From the IMG/VR virus record IMGVR_UViG_3300037076_000416, positions 7,172 through 71,171 of that record: 64,000 bases of DNA. One strand, written 5' to 3'. The translations under genes were made by a program, and so were the position numbers. A model generated the notes under the pieces. That model was not told the DNA's origin. It made no database searches and was given only the letters and a program-made list of their open reading frames with translations. This document shows positions 58,413 to 64,000 of the stretch, piece by piece; the stretch's first letter is position 1; every line of letters begins with the position of its first letter. Origin of the DNA: a virus.

Positions 58413-58929
58413 TTACGGCGCCTGTGACGCGGACGTCACGACCAGCGGCAGGTTGGGCGGCACGGCCCCGTCCTGCCAGTCGGCCAGCGTCGCCGGGGTG
58501 CACTTCGCGGCTGACAGGACGAGGCCGCCGCTTGTGGTGTAGGGGAAATAGCAGCTCAGCCCGACCGCGCGTTCACGGCCGCCGTCGAGCGTCACCAGCG
58601 CGGCGACCCAGGTGTCGATGCCGTATGTGAGCCGCGGGGTTCGCTGCTCGCCCCCGTCGGTGACAAAGTGGCTCGGAAGCGAGACCCACTCGACCTGCAC
58701 CACCTGCGACCGCTCCGCGTCTGAGAGCGCGGACCGCGCGCCGCTCGAGATCACTCCACACTCGTCGCGTGCCGGTGGGCAGGCGATCTGGGGGCCGATC
58801 CAGATGCCGTCAACGAGCCGGGCTCCTGGATCCGTCCAGTGCCCGTGGGCTGCGCCGCCACAGCCCGCGACGATCGCCCCGAGCATGAGCCCCAGGAGAG
58901 CACGAGCGGGCACGCCAAGCCTCGACACG
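58413..58929 (-). CDS. Putative lipoprotein
   Basis: LLGLMLGAIVAGC lipobox-like; start approximate. Confidence 0.55.
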
Positions 58930-59075
58930 GCGCCATCTTGGCCACGGACGGCGGCCCGGGGCAACTGCCCAATGGGACCTGTCGAGCAGGCTTCGACTTC
59001 TGCCCCGCCTGAGGAGGCGCGAGCTGCCTGCAATCGCAGTTTGAGTGACGCCATCGCCCGTGCAAGGTTGCATCC

Positions 59076-59412
59076 CTAGAACAGGCGTGCGACTCCGGAC
59101 CTATCGCGCGATGGCGCGGCAGTCATTCCCCGCGAGCAGCGGGAACCTCCAGATACGCTCCTCGGCGAACGCCAAGGAGCCCACCGCCACAAGGGAGCCA
59201 GCGACGCGGCAGTTCGACTCCGTGGGTGGTCGCCGTCAAATGGCCGAGGATTGAACCCAGATGCTGCCATCTGAGCCCGGAAGTGCTTCTCGGCGAAGAC
59301 GTCGGGGCTGCTCCCGCTAGGTTCTGACGAACACCCAGCCCAGCACCGCCATGACGACGACCACGCCCATCATCACGAGGTAGTAACGGCGAACGAGTCC
59401 GAGAATGTTCAT
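59076..59412 (-). pseudogene. Degraded membrane-anchored protein gene
   Basis: MNILGLVRRYYLVMMGVVVVMAVLGWVF, then a stop or frameshift. Confidence 0.35.
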
Positions 59413-59553
59413 GATCGCCTCTCCATGGCAGCGGTCGCGGGAACCGAAGTTCGCGTCAGGTCTCGGCGCGATCCCGTGGGCCGACCTCGTACCGGCGTTC
59501 TGCGAAAGCGGCGACGGCCGGCGAATGCGTTGCGACCAGTATCGTCGCTCCGA

Positions 59554-59790
59554 TCAGGTCGCGCTTTGGGCCAGACCCTCGGGTTCGGGCAGACGCGGCG
59601 CCAGGATCCACACGAGCTGGGCGGTCGTCGTCGCGCCAACCTTGGACCGAGCGTTCGCCAGGTGGTGCTTCACGGTCGAGTGCGACAGACCCAGGCGGTG
59701 GGCGGCCGCCTTCTCCGACCCGGCGACGAGGACGGCCGCGACCACCCCGACCTCCCGGTCCGTCGCGCATCCGGCGGGGCGGTCCCTCAC
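59554..59790 (-). CDS. Small LuxR-type HTH protein
   Basis: TDREVGVV...SEKAAAHRLGLSHSTVKHHLANARSKVGATTTAQLV; GTG overlaps the stop of the orphan integrase tail. Confidence 0.8.
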   Translation of the reverse strand: MRDRPAGCATDREVGVVAAVLVAGSEKAAAHRLGLSHSTVKHHLANARSKVGATTTAQLVWILAPRLPEPEGLAQSAT

Positions 59791-59870
59791 GCCAGCCGCC
59801 TCGCCGCGGCGATCCACTCATCGCGGCCCTCAATCGGCATGTCGTAGGTTGAAATCGCGCGTCCAACACC
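59787..59870 (-). other. att P-arm encoding an alternative integrase C-terminus (GVGRAISTYDMPIEGRDEWIAAARRLA*)
   Basis: 59814-59870 matches 63440-63496 at 56 of 57 nt and ends at the CC crossover. Confidence 0.85.
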
Positions 59871-60684
59871 AGTCAACGCGGGTATCGCCCGAGAGCGTGG
59901 TGTTGCGATGGCCCCGAGTGCGCCCACGGGCGCCAGCGGGCGCGCCTGTGGCGTCGTCGGCGTTGGGTTGGTCGCTGACGCGCATGTACGTCTTTTCGGC
60001 GGGACCGAGGGCGTTATACACGCCGTCACGCCAGGAGCCATCGAGGCTGACGCCGTAAGGAGGATCGGTCGTCAGGAGCTTCGGCTCGGCGCCGTCGAGC
60101 AGGCGGGCCACATGGTCGCCATTCGTGCTGTCCCCACACAGGAGGCGATGCTCGCCGAGCTGCCAGAGGTCGCCGGGCTTCGTGCGCGGTGCCCGGCGCG
60201 CCTCCTCCAGCGCTTCGTCGAGGTCGAACGCCTCCGTCCGCTCCCGCTTCTCGCGGACTTCGAGCTTTCGGAGTAGGTCCCCGATCTCGTCCTCCCCAAA
60301 GCCCGAGAGCGTGAGGTCGAGCTCGGGCGTCGCCTGCAAGTCGGCCAGCATGCGTGCCAGGAGCTGGTCGTCCCAGGAGCCGCTGATCTTGTTGAGGGCG
60401 AGCCCGAGGACACGTGCCTGCTCCACGCTGATGTCGAGCCAGGTCACGGGGACAGTGGTCAGCCCGAGCCGTCGTGCTGCCACGAGGCGCTGGTGGCCGC
60501 CGATGACCGTTCGGTCTTCACGCCGAGCGAGCACCGGCTGGACGAAGCCGAATTGGCGCAAGCTCCGTTCGAGCGCGTCGAGTTCGTCCTCGCTGATCCG
60601 GCGCGGGTTGGCGGGATCGGGCCGAAGCTCCTCGATCGGGACCTGGTCGACGGTGAGGGAGGGGAGCGAGGCTGAGGTGGTCAT
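59871..60684 (-). pseudogene. ParB-methyltransferase 5' half, truncated at the att crossover
   Basis: ANPRRI, IGGHQRL, HRLLCGD, TDPPYGV, GHRNTTLSGDTRVDW|; the paralog at 51580-52962 continues DW-SEAFALVP. Confidence 0.88.
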
Positions 60685-60731
60685 GCGAGGAGGGCCCTCC
60701 GGGTGTTGTCGTCTATGAAAACATCTGTTCT

Positions 60732-60992
60732 ATGCAGGACGCACCGTCGGCTGATCCCCGAGACCAGGCCATTCGCGCTGCGCTGCGCGACGTCGCCGCT
60801 CTGGCCGCGATCGTCGCGGGGGAGTTCCACGCGACCTATGTCGGACCCGACCGGGCGGGGTACCTGCACGTCCTCGGCGACTACCTCGCCGATTTGGGCG
60901 GGCCGCTCGAGGACGGACCGAACGGACCAGTGGTCGCGGTCGATGGGCGACGGATCGTCATACGGTTTGGCCGGACAGGCGGCCCTCGGTAG
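60732..60992 (+). CDS. Hypothetical protein
   Basis: 86-aa ORF of plausible composition. Confidence 0.4.
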   Translation: MQDAPSADPRDQAIRAALRDVAALAAIVAGEFHATYVGPDRAGYLHVLGDYLADLGGPLEDGPNGPVVAVDGRRIVIRFGRTGGPR

Positions 60993-60993
60993 G

Positions 60994-61302
60994 ATGGGGG
61001 AGTGGCAGGACAACCCGAGCTCATCGATGGCTGACGAGCAGGCCGAGGCGAAGGCGCTCGCGGCGCACCGCCGTGATCTGAACCGCCGGCTTCGGGCGGC
61101 ATTCATCGCAGGCGCCGAGGAGGACTCGCGCTCGAGGCTCGGCCGCGGGCTCTCCGAGGAGGAGCTCCGGCGGGTGTTGCGCCGGTATCCAGGGGACCTG
61201 CCCAGGCGACAGCCTGGTCGGATTGTGACGAGGCCGGAGACGGTGCAGAGCCTCGTGGATCCGCTCTCCCCTCCAGGAAGGTGCGGTTCCCGACGCTGGT
61301 GA
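60994..61302 (+). CDS. Hypothetical protein
   Basis: RLRAAFIAGAEEDSRSRLGRGLSEEELRRVLRRYPGD helical segment; start uncertain. Confidence 0.5.
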   Translation: MGEWQDNPSSSMADEQAEAKALAAHRRDLNRRLRAAFIAGAEEDSRSRLGRGLSEEELRRVLRRYPGDLPRRQPGRIVTRPETVQSLVDPLSPPGRCGSRRW

Positions 61303-61503
61303 CGCTCGACTGCAGGCACCTAGACATTGTGTTGAGCGTGGGCCGGGTAGACCGCGCCGATCGGAAGGGAAGAGGAGCGGGCCACGCTCCCGAGCGTAGT
61401 TGCGGTGTCCGCTCGCAGATACTGGGACGTTGTACCTGTGATCAGGTACGGGCAGCCGGGCCGCGCCGCGAACCGAATGGGCGGGTCCGGGCAAGATAGG
61501 TCG

Positions 61504-62100
61504 GTGGAGGCAAGATCGGACGCCCAAGTCATCGCCGCTTCGCGAGTCGAACCGCGCGTGTTCGCGGCGGTTTTCGATCGGCACTACGACGCCGTGCATC
61601 GCTATCTCGCCCGCCGGGTTGGATCCGACCTAGCCGACGACCTCGCCGCCGACACGTTCACCACGGCCTTCGACGCACGCCGCCGCTATGACACCGCGCA
61701 CCTAGACGCGCGCCCGTGGCTCTTCGGAATCGCCACGAACCTCCTGCGCCATCACCGCCGCGGGGAAGCTCGCCGGCTTCGGGCCTACGCCCGTCTCGAT
61801 CGCCCCGCCGACCCGGACGGCGGCTTCGGGGGGATCGAGGCCCGAGTCGACGCCGGCCGGGCGGGACCGGCGATCGCCGACGCATTGACCCGTCTCTCGG
61901 CGGGTGATCGCGACGTCCTGCTCCTCTTCGCCTGGGCCGACCTCCGGTACGAGGACATCGCCGTGGCGTTGCGGATCCCGGTCGGGACGGTGCGATCGCG
62001 GCTCCATCGCGCACGGCGCCGAGTCCGTGAACTACTGGTCGACTCCGGGCAATACCTGGGTGCCGACACCCTCACGGAGGCTCTGGAACCCGATGGATGA
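61504..62100 (+). CDS. ECF sigma-70 factor
   Basis: SDAQVI..S, ADDLAADTF, ARPWLFGIATNLL, IPVGTVRSRLHRAR. Confidence 0.93.
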   Translation: MEARSDAQVIAASRVEPRVFAAVFDRHYDAVHRYLARRVGSDLADDLAADTFTTAFDARRRYDTAHLDARPWLFGIATNLLRHHRRGEARRLRAYARLDRPADPDGGFGGIEARVDAGRAGPAIADALTRLSAGDRDVLLLFAWADLRYEDIAVALRIPVGTVRSRLHRARRRVRELLVDSGQYLGADTLTEALEPDG

Positions 62101-63139
62101 GATGGACGCCCTGCGGACCCTCGGAGGTGATGTTCCGCCCCCGGAGCCGGCGGCGAAGCGGGCCGCCCGCGCGGCGCTCGTGGCCCATGCCGAGGCCCGT
62201 TCCAGCCGACCGCGGTGGCTGCCGGACGGCCGCCTGGGCTTCAGGCGAGTTCGCGTCGTTGGCGCTCTGGCCACCCTGGGTCTCGTGGCGGTACTGGCCA
62301 GCGGCCAACTCCCGGTCGGGCCCCGGCCTGATCCTGCGGCGGCCGCTGCCCTGAACCATGCCGCCGACATCGCCGCCGCCCAGCCGGACACGGCTGGAGA
62401 CGGCTATCGATACACCAAGTCCGAGGGGGCATATCTCAGCGGTATCGGTGGTGGGCCCGAACACCCGAACGGCGTGTGGGCGCTCGTGCCGGTCAGTCGC
62501 GAGATCTGGATCAAGCCCGACGGTTCTGGGCGGATCGTCGAGTCGCGGGGCGAACCGATCTGGTTCGGCCCAGCCGACCGTGCGGCGTGGCAGGCGGAGG
62601 GCTCACCCGATCTGCGCGGCACACCCTTCTCCGACACGCGGTTCGGTCCGACGCCTCCCGGCGCCGACCCATGGGTCCCGCAGCCCTGGCCCGGCAGCCT
62701 CTACTACCAGAACGTCGATGCCCTCCCCACCGACGTCGGGACACTTCGCCACATGATCGACGAACGCGCCGCGGCGAACGGCGGTGGAGCCACCGATTAC
62801 GAGCGGTTCACGATCGTCGGCGACCTGCTTCGAGAGACGGTCGCGGCGCCGAAGGTGCGCGCTGCGCTCTACCGGGTCGCCGCGAGTCTGAATGGGGTAG
62901 AACTCGTTGGCTCGATGACCGATCGAGCCGGAAGAACAGGGACGGCGGTCTCGATGACGAATGACCAGTCCAGCCGTGGCCTCGAGCGGCGCGTTCTGAT
63001 CTTCGACCCGCAGACCTCCTCGCTGTTGGCTGAGGAGGACGTTCTGCTTCACAAGGTGGACTGGCTCGACGCCGAGCCCCCGCTGGTCATCGGCTACAAC
63101 ACCTACGTCACGTCCGAGATTGTCCCGACCATCCCGTAG
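62093..63139 (+). CDS. CU044_5270-like putative anti-sigma membrane protein
   Basis: TM helix, REIWIKPDG, ALPTD, PKVRAALYRV, TDRAGRTG, LIFDPQT. Confidence 0.8.
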   Translation: MDEMDALRTLGGDVPPPEPAAKRAARAALVAHAEARSSRPRWLPDGRLGFRRVRVVGALATLGLVAVLASGQLPVGPRPDPAAAAALNHAADIAAAQPDTAGDGYRYTKSEGAYLSGIGGGPEHPNGVWALVPVSREIWIKPDGSGRIVESRGEPIWFGPADRAAWQAEGSPDLRGTPFSDTRFGPTPPGADPWVPQPWPGSLYYQNVDALPTDVGTLRHMIDERAAANGGGATDYERFTIVGDLLRETVAAPKVRAALYRVAASLNGVELVGSMTDRAGRTGTAVSMTNDQSSRGLERRVLIFDPQTSSLLAEEDVLLHKVDWLDAEPPLVIGYNTYVTSEIVPTIP

Positions 63140-63164
63140 CAGGTGCTCGAGGGTGTCCGCGACA

Positions 63165-63413
63165 TCACCGCGCGCACATTCGCTCGAGTTCTTCGCGGTG
63201 GGTGAAGCTGGCCTGTGCCTCATCGATGCAGCCGCAGCGATCGAAGAGGCGAGCCAGGTGCCAGTGGACCGTCTTGGTCCGGATCCCGAGTTGAGCCGCC
63301 GCACCCTTGCGTGAGCCGGTCTGACAGCGAGCGAGCAGGACCTCGAGCTGCCGGTGGGTCGGGCTCGCGCCGAGCGGACTTGAGAGCTCGCCGCGCAGGT
63401 ATCCGTCCCTCAC
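63165..63413 (-). CDS. Small LuxR-type HTH protein
   Basis: THRQLEVL...SRKGAAAQLGIRTKTVHWHLARL; GTG overlaps the stop of the second integrase tail. Confidence 0.75.
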   Translation of the reverse strand: MRDGYLRGELSSPLGASPTHRQLEVLLARCQTGSRKGAAAQLGIRTKTVHWHLARLFDRCGCIDEAQASFTHREELERMCAR

Positions 63414-63473
63414 GCTGATCTGACCCGGGCGGCCGCTTCCCACTCATCGCGGCCCTCGATCGGCATGTCGTAG

Positions 63474-63517
63474 GTTGAAATCGCGCGTCCAACACCTGTC
63501 GGGCGCGCCATTTCAAC
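63474..63517. repeat. attR: 44-bp imperfect palindrome centred on CC, containing the 23-bp tRNA-end repeat
   Basis: GTTGAAATCGCGCGTCCAACA-CC-TGTCGGGCGCGCCATTTCAAC. Confidence 0.92.
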
Positions 63518-63570
63518 GGATCCACGAAGGCAACGAGCCGATAACTCTCCCGAGGATCGAGTCGAACCGT

Positions 63571-64000
63571 TCAACTGATGCCGATCCGGATCGCGGCACT
63601 GAGTAGAACGGCCGTTGCACCCAGGCCCAGGGCGACGCCGACGATACCCGCTGCGGTCAGCATTCCGATCCCAATCAGGGGCCCCGCGGAGAGGAAGGCC
63701 ACGCCGAAGTTGATGACGGCAAGGCGTAGGTTCGAGGCACGCCCAAGGACGTGACGCTGCCGGCCGTGAGCGGTCGGATCGCCAGGTCCGATCGCAGGGA
63801 TCAAATGGGTCGCTGAGGCCACGATCGTCAGCGCGATCCAGCCGCCGACGAGCGGACCAGCGACGGCTTCGATGGACCAGCCGGCAGGGTCCGCCCCAAA
63901 CACCAGTACGCGGCCCGCAGCGATCGCGATCCCGATCTCGAACCAGACGATCGCTGAGACGAGACCACCAATCGCGTAGCGGTGCCACCCTGGATCGGTC
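63571..64000 (-). CDS. Multi-pass membrane protein, C-terminal part (probable host gene)
   Basis: Frame open to the window edge; hydrophobic helices; outside attR. Confidence 0.7.
   Translation of the reverse strand, partial: TDPGWHRYAIGGLVSAIVWFEIGIAIAAGRVLVFGADPAGWSIEAVAGPLVGGWIALTIVASATHLIPAIGPGDPTAHGRQRHVLGRASNLRLAVINFGVAFLSAGPLIGIGMLTAAGIVGVALGLGATAVLLSAAIRIGIS

Larger units (their letters stand above)
20206..59870. mobile_element. Siphovirus-like prophage, ~39.7 kb
   Basis: Integrase at the tRNA, replication genes, full head/tail/packaging operon, att arm ending at 59870. Confidence 0.88.
59871..63517. mobile_element. Right-end remnant of a related prophage
   Basis: Same order as the intact right end: ParB-MTase, ECF cargo, HTH, P-arm, att. 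Confidence 0.75.

Noticed and set aside
63410-63988. 192-aa ORF ending in the integrase tail
   Set aside because: Alternative frame of the host membrane gene running into attR; only the last ~35 codons are meaningful

Overview
High-GC bacterial DNA (probably Chloroflexota or Actinomycetota; not certain) that is almost entirely accessory and organised around one tRNA-Arg(CCG) gene at 20146-20221. Left of the tRNA are the end of a DUF1156-methylase/SNF2-helicase defence operon, two orphan methyltransferases, a Panacea(DUF4065)-MazF toxin-antitoxin pair, several decayed genes and a satellite-like tyrosine-integrase element (primase, DUF3631). Right of the tRNA is a ~43 kb island bounded by a 23-bp direct repeat of the tRNA 3' end (20206-20228 and 63495-63517). 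It holds a ~39.7 kb siphovirus-like prophage: large serine recombinase, prim-pol/P4-type helicase, xis, a defence block (SecB-like module, type III-like Mod/Res, RosmerTA-like pair), complete head/tail/packaging genes, no recognisable lysis genes, and ECF sigma/anti-sigma cargo. A 3.6 kb right-end remnant of a related element follows. Main observations: (1) the att crossover lies inside the recombinase ORF, so integration and excision swap its C-terminus and uncouple or couple a LuxR-type HTH gene; (2) a second att arm cuts a methyltransferase gene exactly at the crossover dinucleotide; (3) a possible antitoxin-SecB-nuclease tripartite system; (4) a predicted kissing-loop RNA over the major capsid RBS. 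All family assignments come from motif recognition by eye, not from database searches.
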